Below, one piece after another: positions 19,025-28,632 of a stretch of 64,000 nt of DNA (position 1 is its first letter; the number at the start of each line of letters is the position of its first letter). The stretch is from Nitrospirota bacterium (GTDB taxonomy: Bacteria > Nitrospirota > Thermodesulfovibrionia > Thermodesulfovibrionales > UBA9159): NCBI GenBank assembly GCA_963699545.1, contig CAVOUE010000006.1:128001-192000 (forward strand). The letters are read 5' to 3'. A program made the position numbers and the translations under genes. The notes below the pieces were generated by a model. That model made no database searches, was not told the origin of the DNA, and saw nothing but the letters and a program-made list of their open reading frames with translations.

Positions 19025-22018
19025 ATGAGAACACCTATTCTTGGTTCACGATCGCGCACAGTTCTTTTTTCGGGGCTTATCATCGGCCTGTTCCTCTGTC
19101 CTTCTCATCCTTCCTCAGGTGAGACAAACGGGGCGCTCCCGGAGATCTCCACCGCACTATCCTTTGATATGGACAACAAAACAGTGGAGGGGAAGTCGGT
19201 CATCACCTTCCACGAGAGTAAAGAGACGCTCATCCGGACCGGCTCCCTGACGATGAGACATGTGAAGTACAACGGAATCCCCCTGGAGCCTGCATACAGG
19301 GAGGGAGCCTTCACGGTCAAGGCGGAGAAGGGCAGCGTGCTGGAGATGGAATACACGTGTGTTTCCGGGGACAACGGTCCGTGCATAATGGGAGAAAAGG
19401 GCATATTCCTTACCGGTGGCTGGCATCCGTCCACACAGGGGCTTGAATACCACCGGCTCACGGCCCTGGTACCCGGACATTTCACGGCCGTATCTGAGGC
19501 AGAAATGGTCACGATCGAGAAGAAACCAGGCGGGAACCTGTACTCCTTCTCCTTCCCCCATCCTGTGGAGGGCCTGAACTTCATAGCCGGCAGGTTCATC
19601 ATAAAAAAGGACAGCTACAGGGACGTTGAGCTCTCTGCCTGTTTCTTTCCCGAGGATGCAGGGCTTGCCGATACCTATCTGGAGCATACAAAGAAATATC
19701 TCGAACTCTATGAGGGGATAGCAGGGAATTTTCCTTTCAGGAGATTTTCGGTGGTGGAGAATTTCCTGCCCACGGGCTATGCCATGCCCACCTTCACCCT
19801 CCTTGGGCAGGACGTGGTGAGGCTCCCCTTCATCGTCAGGACGTCCCTCGGCCATGAGATACTCCACCAGTGGCTCGGGAACTCTGTGTATGTCGACTAC
19901 ACAAGGGGCAACTGGTCAGAGGGGTTGACCACCTATCTTTCAGACCACCTCTACGAGGAACTGGAGGGGAGGGGATGGCAGTACAGGAAACAGACACTCA
20001 GCGACTATGGAAGCTATGTGCTTCCGGACAGCGAATTCCCCCTTGAAGACTTCAGGACGAGGACCGATTTTGCCTCCAGGGCGATCGGCTACGGAAAGGG
20101 CGCCATGGTCTTTCACATGCTCAGGAGGCTGGTGGGTGAGGAAGTCTTTTCGAAGGCCTTGCTGAACTTCATTGATGCGAACCGCTTCAGAAAAGCCTCG
20201 TGGGACGACATCAGGGCGGCCTTTGAGACTGGATCAGGAAAGGACCTCCGCCCTTTCTTCACGGTATGGCTCAAGGGAAAGGGATATCCCTCCATAGAGG
20301 TGAAGGAACCCGACATAAGTACAAGGGGCCTCCAGTACACGGTCTCCTTTGATGTCCTCCAGAAGGAGAAGATGCATGTCTTCGACCTCCCCGTTAGGAT
20401 GAGGACAGCCAAAGACGACACGAAAGAAGTCTTACGGATAGAGGGAGAAAGGCAGGGCTTCTCCATGGTCGCTGACACATTGCCGGAGAAGCTCGTCCTT
20501 GATGAGAACTACGACGTTTTCAGAAGGCTTACCGAGAAGGAGCAGCCTCCTGTGATAGGAAAGCTCTTCAGTGGGGAGAAGGGAGCGCTGGTGCTTCCGG
20601 GGGATGAGCAGTTATCCGTGTATGCGGGGTTGATCGCATTTTTCAGGGAGAAGGGATACAGGGTGAACAAACCCGATGAAATGAAGAACGAGGATATCAG
20701 GGATTCCCATCTCGTTGTCCTCGACGGCAGCAACCCCCTCATAAAGAGACTCTTCGCAGACATGGAAATGCCGGCCCACGGCTTTACTCTCACGGTCAAG
20801 AAGAATCCTTTCAATCCTTCGAAGGTGGTGGCTGTTGCCCACGCCCCATCAAAAGAACAGGTGGATGCCTCCCTGGGGAAAATATCCCACTACGGGAGAT
20901 ACAGCCGGATCGCCTTTGCTGAAGGGAAGAACACGGAAAAAAAGACTGATGAAAGTGAAAGGGGGTGGACCATGCCGCTCAGGGAGGCCATAACAGGCGT
21001 CAGGACGTCCGATTCCATGAACCTTGCGGACATCATCGGGCGAGTCTCGGACAAGAAGATCGTCTATCTGGGTGAGCAGCACGATAAATACGAGCACCAC
21101 GTGACACAGTTCGAGGCCATCAGGGAGCTGTATGGAAAGAACAGGAAGATCGCGATAGGCATGGAGATGTTCCAGAGGCCCTTCCAGAAGGCGCTGGATG
21201 ATTACATCGAGGGGAGAACGGAAGAAAGGGAGTTCCTGAAATCATCGGAATACTTCAAACGGTGGGGCTTCGACTACAACCTGTACAAGGATATCCTGAG
21301 GTTCGCCAGGGAGGAGAAGATCCCTGTGGTGGCCCTGAATATGAGAAACGAGATCGTAGACAAGGTCTCGAAAAAGGGTATCGATTCCCTTTCCGAAGAA
21401 GAGAAGAAGGAATTACCCGAAACCATGGACATGACGGACGAAGACTACAGGAAGAGGCTGAAAGAGGTCTTCGACGGGCATCAGGCAGCCGCAGGCATGG
21501 ACTTCTTGAACTTCTACCAGTCCCAGATCATCTGGGATGAGACCATGGCCTCGTCCATCGACGAGTACCTCAAGAAAAACCCCGACCGGCAGCTGGTGGT
21601 CCTGGCGGGGGGAGGCCATCTGGTATTCGGCTCCGGCATTCCGAAGAGGGCCTTCAGGAGGAACAGACTTGACTATGCGATCCTCCTCAACGATGACTCA
21701 GTGGAGAAAAAGATCGCGGACTACATACTCTTCCCCCAGCCGCTCACCGCGGCAAAAGCGCCAAAGCTCATGGTGGTCCTGAAAAAGGAGGAGGACGGGG
21801 TCAGGATCACCGGGTTCGGCGAACACAGCGTCGCACAACAAGCGGGTCTTGAGAAGGACGATATCATCGTCGCCCTCGACAGTGAAAAGGTGAGTGGCGT
21901 TGAGGAGATACAGATATTCCTCTTTTACAAGAAGCGGGGGGACCGCATTACGGTTACCGTCCTAAGGAAGAGGTTCCTCTTCGGCGAGCGTGAGCTGCGG
22001 ATCGAGATAACCCTTTAG
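19025..22018 (+). CDS. M1-family metallopeptidase - ChaN (DUF399) - PDZ fusion
   Basis: GHEILHQW..WSEGLTTY..YGKGAMVFHML (M1); VYLGEQHD, IGMEMFQR, WDETMA, AGGGH (ChaN); C-terminal PDZ AQQAGLEKDDIIVALD. Confidence 0.85.
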   Translation: MRTPILGSRSRTVLFSGLIIGLFLCPSHPSSGETNGALPEISTALSFDMDNKTVEGKSVITFHESKETLIRTGSLTMRHVKYNGIPLEPAYREGAFTVKAEKGSVLEMEYTCVSGDNGPCIMGEKGIFLTGGWHPSTQGLEYHRLTALVPGHFTAVSEAEMVTIEKKPGGNLYSFSFPHPVEGLNFIAGRFIIKKDSYRDVELSACFFPEDAGLADTYLEHTKKYLELYEGIAGNFPFRRFSVVENFLPTGYAMPTFTLLGQDVVRLPFIVRTSLGHEILHQWLGNSVYVDYTRGNWSEGLTTYLSDHLYEELEGRGWQYRKQTLSDYGSYVLPDSEFPLEDFRTRTDFASRAIGYGKGAMVFHMLRRLVGEEVFSKALLNFIDANRFRKASWDDIRAAFETGSGKDLRPFFTVWLKGKGYPSIEVKEPDISTRGLQYTVSFDVLQKEKMHVFDLPVRMRTAKDDTKEVLRIEGERQGFSMVADTLPEKLVLDENYDVFRRLTEKEQPPVIGKLFSGEKGALVLPGDEQLSVYAGLIAFFREKGYRVNKPDEMKNEDIRDSHLVVLDGSNPLIKRLFADMEMPAHGFTLTVKKNPFNPSKVVAVAHAPSKEQVDASLGKISHYGRYSRIAFAEGKNTEKKTDESERGWTMPLREAITGVRTSDSMNLADIIGRVSDKKIVYLGEQHDKYEHHVTQFEAIRELYGKNRKIAIGMEMFQRPFQKALDDYIEGRTEEREFLKSSEYFKRWGFDYNLYKDILRFAREEKIPVVALNMRNEIVDKVSKKGIDSLSEEEKKELPETMDMTDEDYRKRLKEVFDGHQAAAGMDFLNFYQSQIIWDETMASSIDEYLKKNPDRQLVVLAGGGHLVFGSGIPKRAFRRNRLDYAILLNDDSVEKKIADYILFPQPLTAAKAPKLMVVLKKEEDGVRITGFGEHSVAQQAGLEKDDIIVALDSEKVSGVEEIQIFLFYKKRGDRITVTVLRKRFLFGERELRIEITL

Positions 22019-23257
22019 TACCTCAACGGCCCTGTCCACAGCGCCTGCTTTTTCGTCGTAGAGCGCCTTCGCCCTCTCCCCCATAGCCCTCCTCTTTGCC
22101 GGGGACCTGAGCAGCTCCTTGATGACCTCATACAACCCCTCAGCATCTGTCTTTATGGCGCCGCTTCCGATGTAGAAGTCCTGGATGAAAGGGAAGTTCT
22201 CCATGTGAGGCCCGCAGACTACGGGCTTCGCCCAGAAGGCAGGCTCAAGGGGGTTATGCCCCCCGACCTTGCAAAAGCTTCCGCCCATGACCGCAACATC
22301 GGACATTCCATAGGAAGAGGCCAGCTCGCCGATGGTGTCAAGGATCACAACCCTGCCCTTTATCGTTCCCCATACAGCATCCGATGCGACGATCTCGGAC
22401 CGTTTCAGACAGGGGAGACCCCGCGCATGTATCATATCCCCGACCTTCCCGAATCGCTCGGGATGCCTCGGTGCGAGGAGGAGATTCATCTCCGGAAAAT
22501 CATTCCTGAGCCTCTCAAAAACAGAGACCATCAGTTCTTCTTCCCCTTCGTGAGTGCTTCCCGCCAGCATAACGGGATGACCCAGTGAGTTCGTCCATTC
22601 AGGGACTTTCTCCGAAGGTCGTGTGTCGAACTTGAAGTTCCCCGTCACCCTGACCTTACTTGCGTCGACTCCCAGCTCCCTTATCCTCTCTTCATAGACA
22701 CGGTCCTGCATGCAGAAGAGATCCACGCATGCCAGCACGTCCCTGATGAAGAACTTGATCCGCCTGTAGCCCCTGAAGGAATCCCCGGAAAGCCTGCCGT
22801 TCAGCACCAGGACCGGGATGCCCGCCTGCTTGAACGTGCGGAAGATATTGGGCCACAGTTCTGTTTCCACAGTAATAAAGAGAGCCGGCCGCACCTTCCT
22901 GAGGACCTTCCTGACGATATACGCGAGGTCGAAGGGGAGATAGACGGTCCGCGCAATGTCTGAGACCCTTTCTCTCGCGACCCTCTGGCCGGTATCCGTT
23001 ACGGTGGAAAGGACAACGGGGACGGAAGGGTATCTCCTCTTCATTGCTTTTATGAACGGCACTGCCGAAATGACCTCCCCCACCGAGACCGCATGGACCC
23101 ATATCGGTGTCGAGCTCGTCGTTCGGAGTTCAGCCTCGATGAAGCCGAGCCTCTCCCTGAGCCACCGGGACCGGAGCTCCTTTGGCCGCTTCAGATACTC
23201 AAAGGGAAGGAGAAAGAACAGGACAACAAGATAGAGGAAACTGTATATGAGATACAT
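21962..23257 (-). CDS. waaA: Kdo transferase
   Basis: WVHAVSVGE, ETELWPN, GSTHEGEE, APRHPER, GGHNPLEP. Confidence 0.96.
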   Translation of the reverse strand: MYLIYSFLYLVVLFFLLPFEYLKRPKELRSRWLRERLGFIEAELRTTSSTPIWVHAVSVGEVISAVPFIKAMKRRYPSVPVVLSTVTDTGQRVARERVSDIARTVYLPFDLAYIVRKVLRKVRPALFITVETELWPNIFRTFKQAGIPVLVLNGRLSGDSFRGYRRIKFFIRDVLACVDLFCMQDRVYEERIRELGVDASKVRVTGNFKFDTRPSEKVPEWTNSLGHPVMLAGSTHEGEEELMVSVFERLRNDFPEMNLLLAPRHPERFGKVGDMIHARGLPCLKRSEIVASDAVWGTIKGRVVILDTIGELASSYGMSDVAVMGGSFCKVGGHNPLEPAFWAKPVVCGPHMENFPFIQDFYIGSGAIKTDAEGLYEVIKELLRSPAKRRAMGERAKALYDEKAGAVDRAVEVLKGYLDPQLTLAEEEPLP

Positions 23258-25027
23258 TTAGAGAGGTCGCTCCAAAGAGGCAGTGGATCCCGCTTCGAGC
23301 TGTTCCAGTGCGGCGTCGTCAAACTGCAGACTGTAGAGCTTCCCGTAGATGCCCCCGGAAACGAGGAGTTCCTCATGGGTTCCTGACTCCACGATCCGGC
23401 CCTTGTCCATGACGATAATCCTGCTTGCCCTCCTCACGGTCGAAAGTCTGTGGGCGATCACGAATGCGGTCCTGTCGTTCATCAGGTTCTCAAGAGCCCT
23501 CTGCACCATGATCTCCGATGCAGTGTCCAGGGATGACGTGGCCTCGTCAAGGACGAGGACAGGAGGATTTTTCAGTATGGCCCTGGCTATGGAAATCCTC
23601 TGCTTCTGTCCCCCGGAAAGCCTCACGCCCCTTTCCCCCACCTCGGTATCATAGCCATTGGGCAGCTGGGTAATGAAATCATCGGCATATGCTGCCTTTG
23701 CCGCATTGAGAAGTTCCTCTTCCGAGGCATCGGGCTTGCCGTAAACGATATTCGCCCTCACCGTATCGTTGAAAAGTATCACGTCCTGGCTCACGATGCC
23801 GATGAGGGAACGAAGCGATTTGAGCGTGACCTTCGATGTATCAGTGCCGTCGATGAGGATCCTTCCTTCCACAGGCCGATAGAACTTCGGGAGCAGGTCA
23901 ACAAAGGTGGTCTTGCCCGCACCGCTCCTGCCCACAAGGGCCACGATCTCCCCTTTCTTCACGGTGAGGGAAACACTGTTCACCGCGTCGTCATCCGTCC
24001 CCTCGTACCGAAAAGAGACATTGTCAAAGACAATCTCGTTCCTGAACCCTTCAAGGGGAATGGTGCCGTCCGCCTCCAACGCCTCATTCATGAGCTTGTC
24101 GATCCTGTCCAGGGGCGCGCTGGCCTGATGAAGGGAGTTGTTTGCCGATACGAGCCTCCGGGCCGGCGTGTAGATCAGGAAGATCGCTGCCAGGAAAGAG
24201 AAGAAATCTCCTGCGGTGATGGCTCCGCTAATCACCAGTTTTCCTCCGTACCAGAGGACAAAGGCTATGCCGAACCCTCCCACGATCTCCATCATCAGGG
24301 ATGTGGCCTCGATGATCCTCTGGGACCGCATCACCTCCCGGTAGAAATCGTGGTTCTTGTCGCTGAAGCGCTTCAGCTCGTTCTCCTCCCGGCAGAAGGA
24401 TTTTATGATCTTGTTTCCGGTGAAGGTCTCGGTGAGCATTTGAGTGATCTCTTCGATCTTCTCCTGGGTCCTGCGACTGACGCCCTTGAGCCTCTTCCCA
24501 AGCCTCGAGACGAAATAGAAGGCCACGGGCAGAACGATGAGGGACATCAGAGTAAGGTCCCAGCGCCGGTACATCGCAACAGACACGAGGACAACCACGG
24601 ATCCGCTTTCCACAAAAATGTCCTTTATCGTGTAGGAAAGCAGTCCCTGGACAAACCCGGCGTCATTGATCACCTTGGATACCATGGCGCCAGTGGAGTC
24701 TCTGTGGAGGTAGCTCATGGGAAGATAGAGCATGTGGCGGTAAAGTCCGTTCCTGATGTCCCTCACCACCTTTGCTCCTGCGGACCTCATGAGGTAAGAA
24801 TGGAAGAAGGAGAAGATTCCCCTGCCGAGATAAGCGCCCATCACCCCGAGGCTCAGGAGAAGGAGGGAGGCGGGCTCCTTGCTCACAAAGACCTTGTCCA
24901 CCGCCGGTTTCACAAGCCATGCCAGCGAACCGCTCAGACCCGAGACGATCATGCTGCAGATCCCCGCAACCAGCAGGCGTCCCCAGTAAGGCTTCGAGAG
25001 CAGGACTATGCGTTTAAAGTCTTTCAT
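23258..25027 (-). CDS. msbA: Lipid A export ABC transporter
   Basis: TMD plus NBD (GRSGAGKTT, LSGGQKQR, LDEATS); between lpxB and waaA. Confidence 0.88.
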   Translation of the reverse strand: MKDFKRIVLLSKPYWGRLLVAGICSMIVSGLSGSLAWLVKPAVDKVFVSKEPASLLLLSLGVMGAYLGRGIFSFFHSYLMRSAGAKVVRDIRNGLYRHMLYLPMSYLHRDSTGAMVSKVINDAGFVQGLLSYTIKDIFVESGSVVVLVSVAMYRRWDLTLMSLIVLPVAFYFVSRLGKRLKGVSRRTQEKIEEITQMLTETFTGNKIIKSFCREENELKRFSDKNHDFYREVMRSQRIIEATSLMMEIVGGFGIAFVLWYGGKLVISGAITAGDFFSFLAAIFLIYTPARRLVSANNSLHQASAPLDRIDKLMNEALEADGTIPLEGFRNEIVFDNVSFRYEGTDDDAVNSVSLTVKKGEIVALVGRSGAGKTTFVDLLPKFYRPVEGRILIDGTDTSKVTLKSLRSLIGIVSQDVILFNDTVRANIVYGKPDASEEELLNAAKAAYADDFITQLPNGYDTEVGERGVRLSGGQKQRISIARAILKNPPVLVLDEATSSLDTASEIMVQRALENLMNDRTAFVIAHRLSTVRRASRIIVMDKGRIVESGTHEELLVSGGIYGKLYSLQFDDAALEQLEAGSTASLERPL

Positions 25028-25039
25028 CTCTGCCCATCA

Positions 25040-26197
25040 TCATGGTTTCCAGCCCGCCAGTTCACCGGCCATCTCCGCAACCCTCCGGGACGGTCTTTTT
25101 CCGGAGAAGACCTCCCGGATCCCTCTGAACGCCGAGACCATGGAGGTCCTGCACGCTTCGTCATACAATATCTTCCCGCATTGTTTTATTATATTCTCCT
25201 TGTTCGCCTCATGCTGGATCAGCTCAGGTATGACCTCTCTCCCGGCGATGATGTTCACAAGAGATATGTATTTCACCTTCAGTATCCTCTTCCCCAGGAA
25301 ATATGTCAACGGTGAGACCTTATATACGACCACCGCAGGAACGCCTACCAGCGCAGCCTGAAGGGTCGCGGTGCCCGACGCTATGACCGCCACGTCCGAG
25401 GAAGCGAGGGCCCTTATGGCATCGCCCTTCATAAGCACCACCCCTTCCCTTTCGAGAGGAGAAAAAAAGTGCCGGAATCTCCCGGTCTCTATGTTCGGCG
25501 CAAGGGGGAGAACGAACCTGCACCCTTTGAACTCCGTCCTCGATCCCCGTACGACGTCAATGAACAAGGGCAGGAGGGTATGCAGTTCATGGGGCCTGCT
25601 TCCCGGCAGGAGCGCGATCACGGGGCTGTCTGTTCCGGCTCTTAAACGCTGACCGTTGAACGACGAGCTTTGAACGTCACGGTTCTCGTTTTCGTAATCT
25701 TCTATTTCCTCCATGGCCGGATGTCCCACAAACTCACAGGGGATGCCGGCGCCGGTATAGATCTCCTCTTCAAAGGGAAGGACCACCGCCACCCTGTCCG
25801 CGATCTCTCCCATGGTCTTCACCCGTCCCCTGCGCCACGCCCAGACCTGGGGGCTTACGTAATACAGCACCTTTATCCCCAGCCTCTTCGCAACCCTTGC
25901 CACTCTGAAGTTGAACTCAGGGTAGTCGATGAGTACCAGGACGTCCGGTGAAAGTTCGGTCAATGCCTGCACCGCACGCTTATATGATCCACGCACCTTT
26001 TTGAGGGAACGCAGTGTCTCTGTCAAGCCCAGGGCGCTCGATATACCGGAGAGAAGCTCAACGCCTGCTTCCTTCATCCTGTCCCCGCCGATACCGACGA
26101 GCCTTGTCCCCGGCCACACAGACCTCAATGCCTTTGCGAGAAGGGAACCGTACAGTTCTCCGGAACTCTCCCCTGCCACGATCATGACGGTCTTCAT
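25040..26197 (-). CDS. lpxB: Lipid-A-disaccharide synthase
   Basis: IVAGESSG, IDYPEFN, YVSPQVWAWR, FVGHP, LLPGSR, ASGTATL. Confidence 0.96.
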   Translation of the reverse strand: MKTVMIVAGESSGELYGSLLAKALRSVWPGTRLVGIGGDRMKEAGVELLSGISSALGLTETLRSLKKVRGSYKRAVQALTELSPDVLVLIDYPEFNFRVARVAKRLGIKVLYYVSPQVWAWRRGRVKTMGEIADRVAVVLPFEEEIYTGAGIPCEFVGHPAMEEIEDYENENRDVQSSSFNGQRLRAGTDSPVIALLPGSRPHELHTLLPLFIDVVRGSRTEFKGCRFVLPLAPNIETGRFRHFFSPLEREGVVLMKGDAIRALASSDVAVIASGTATLQAALVGVPAVVVYKVSPLTYFLGKRILKVKYISLVNIIAGREVIPELIQHEANKENIIKQCGKILYDEACRTSMVSAFRGIREVFSGKRPSRRVAEMAGELAGWKP

Positions 26198-26232
26198 CGC
26201 AGGCTTTGTGGTGGGATACCGGGCATGAAGCA

Positions 26233-27328
26233 CTATCCCACGACGCTTCTTATTATCTCTGCGATCCTGCCGATGCTTGATTCCTCAAGCTCCGGATACA
26301 TGGGCAGAGAAAGCACCTCCCGGGACGCCTGTTCGGCCACGGAAAAGTCACCCTCTTTGTGACCGAGGAAGCCGAGTGCCTTCTGGAGGTGAAGGGGTTG
26401 CGGGTAATAGACCACTGAGGAAACGGAATTCTCCTTAAGGGTCTTTTGTATCGTGTCCCGCTCCCCGGACAGGACCGTATACTGGTTATAGACATGACGG
26501 GCGCCCTCTTTTTCAGAAGGACACCTCACTGAGCCGGAGAGAGCGGCACGATAGAGAGAGGCATTCATCCTTCGCGTTCTTGTTGTAGTCATCCAGTCTC
26601 TTCAGCTTCACCAGGAGTATCCCCGCCTGTATCTCATCGAGCCTGCTGTTGAAGCCCACTGATTCGTGGACGTAGGAACCTCTTGAGCCGTGATTCCTGA
26701 GCCTTTTTATCGAATCGGCCAGTTCACCGCTCCTCAGCGTGATCATGCCCCCGTCTCCATAGGCGCCGAGGTTCTTGCTGGGATAGAAGCTGAAACACCC
26801 CGCGTCCCCGAAACTGCCGACCTTCTTCCCCCTGACCGCCGCGCCTATCGCCTGGGCACAGTCTTCGATCACATGCAGATTATGTCTCCTCGCGATTTCC
26901 ATGACCTTCTCCATATCGCAGGGGTGACCAAAAAGGTGGACGGGCAGGATCGCCCTGGTCCTCGGGGTTATCTTCTCCTCGATCTTGCTGCAGTCAATGT
27001 TGAACGTATCCAGTTCGATATCCACAAAGACCGGTCTTGCCCCTGTGTAGACAATGGCCTCGGCTGTTGCAAAAAAGGTGAAGGGCGTAGTGATCACCTC
27101 ATCGCCATCCCCGATGTCAAGGGCCTCGACGGCCAGATGAAGGGCATCCGTCCCTGATGCGACCCCGACGGCATGGGAAACCGCCGTATACTCCGCCATC
27201 TTCCCTTCAAAGTCACGGACCTTCGGTCCGAGAATATACTGCGAACTCTCCAGTATCGTGCTCATCATCAGGAATATCTCTTCCCTGATCTCTGAAAACT
27301 GTTTTCCCAAGTCGACCATAGGTATCAT
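26233..27328 (-). CDS. gnnB: DegT/DnrJ/EryC1/StrS aminotransferase, GnnB-like (frameshift near 26575)
   Basis: SGTDAL, IEDCAQ, FSFYPSKNLGAYGDGG, NSRLDEIQA; C-terminus VLSLPMYPEL in a second frame; adjacent to lpxB. Confidence 0.75.
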
Positions 27329-28239
27329 CCATGCCTCTCCATTACTGAATTTATTTCCATCACGACACTCAACGCGTTCCTTCCCTCAATACCCGAGACC
27401 TTCGGCCGTTCCCTGGTCCCGATGCAGCGGATGAAATCCTTCAACTCCTCCTGAAGAGGTTCACGGTATTCAGGCCTGACGATCTCCGCATCACCCGGCT
27501 CGGCAGGGGAACGCAGCTCCACCGTGGACGTCTGATAATCCAGCTCCATACATACGTTCTTCTGAAATACCTTGAGCATCCTCCGCTTTTCGCCGGCAAT
27601 GCGGCTCGCGGTGAGGGATGCGAGCGCGCCGTTATCGAACTCGATCCATGCCCTGGCCTCATCGATCTTCTCCGTCACGAGGGAAAACCCAAAGGCGCTG
27701 ATCCTCTTCACAGGAGAACGGACAAGACCCAGGATTATGTCGATGTCGTGGATCATGAGATCAAGCGTCACGTCCACGTCAAAACATCTGTTGAGGAAAG
27801 GAGAGACCCTTACCGCCTCCAGAAACCTCGGTTCTTCGATCATGCGCGTCAAAGCGATCAGGCCGGGATTATACCGTTCCAGATGTCCGACCTGAAGGAT
27901 CCGGCCCCTTTTCGCCGCCTCGCTGATGAGCTCGTCCGCCTCGGATACCGTGGTCGTGATCGGTTTTTCGACGAGGACGTCTTTCCCGGCCTTTATACAA
28001 TTCAGGGCAACCTCAAAATGATCCGAGGTCGGAACCACAATGCTCAGGGCATCTACATGACCGAACGTGTCCCGGTAATCACCGAACGCCCTGGAGGCAT
28101 ATTTCCCGGCCACTTCCCTTGCCCGCGTTTGGTCGGTATCCACTACTGCCGCAAGCTCGACGTCCCCCAGTTCAGAGTAGATCCTGGCGTGGTGCTGCCC
28201 AAGATACCCGGCGCCCACAACAGCGACTCTTAGAGCCAT
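27325..28239 (-). CDS. gnnA: Gfo/Idh/MocA oxidoreductase, GnnA-like
   Basis: VVGAGYLGQHHAR, VEKP, VGHLERYNP, DVTLDLMIHDID; directly upstream of the aminotransferase and lpxB. Confidence 0.75.
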   Translation of the reverse strand: MALRVAVVGAGYLGQHHARIYSELGDVELAAVVDTDQTRAREVAGKYASRAFGDYRDTFGHVDALSIVVPTSDHFEVALNCIKAGKDVLVEKPITTTVSEADELISEAAKRGRILQVGHLERYNPGLIALTRMIEEPRFLEAVRVSPFLNRCFDVDVTLDLMIHDIDIILGLVRSPVKRISAFGFSLVTEKIDEARAWIEFDNGALASLTASRIAGEKRRMLKVFQKNVCMELDYQTSTVELRSPAEPGDAEIVRPEYREPLQEELKDFIRCIGTRERPKVSGIEGRNALSVVMEINSVMERHG

Positions 28240-28392
28240 ACATTCCTTCCCATGAGATTTATCGGGTATTTTGCACTAATTGTATGCATTTGGGCAAGCA
28301 CTTAGAGAAAAAACAAGGTGTGAGGGGTAAGGAGTGAACATGGTGAGGTCCCAGGCGCAAGGGGTAAAGAATGAGGGTGAAGAGATCAGGCG

Positions 28393-28632
28393 CTACGAGC
28401 TATGAGCTGCTTCGGTCTGCTCCTCTTCTTTCCAGACCGTGATCGCGATCTCCGGGCACATCTGGGCACACAATGCGCAGCCGTTGCACGTTTCAGGGGA
28501 TTCCACTTTTGCGGGGAAGTATCCGCTGGAATTGAATTCGCCGTCCATGACGATGACCCCCTTAGGGCACGCGAGCACGCAGTACCTACACCCCTTGCAC
28601 AGCTCCGTGTCAATGGCTATCTTCCCTCTCAT
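28393..28632 (-). CDS. 2x[4Fe-4S] ferredoxin (2-oxoacid oxidoreductase delta-subunit-like)
   Basis: CKGCRYCVLACP and CNGCALCAQMCP. Confidence 0.92.
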   Translation of the reverse strand: MRGKIAIDTELCKGCRYCVLACPKGVIVMDGEFNSSGYFPAKVESPETCNGCALCAQMCPEIAITVWKEEEQTEAAHSS

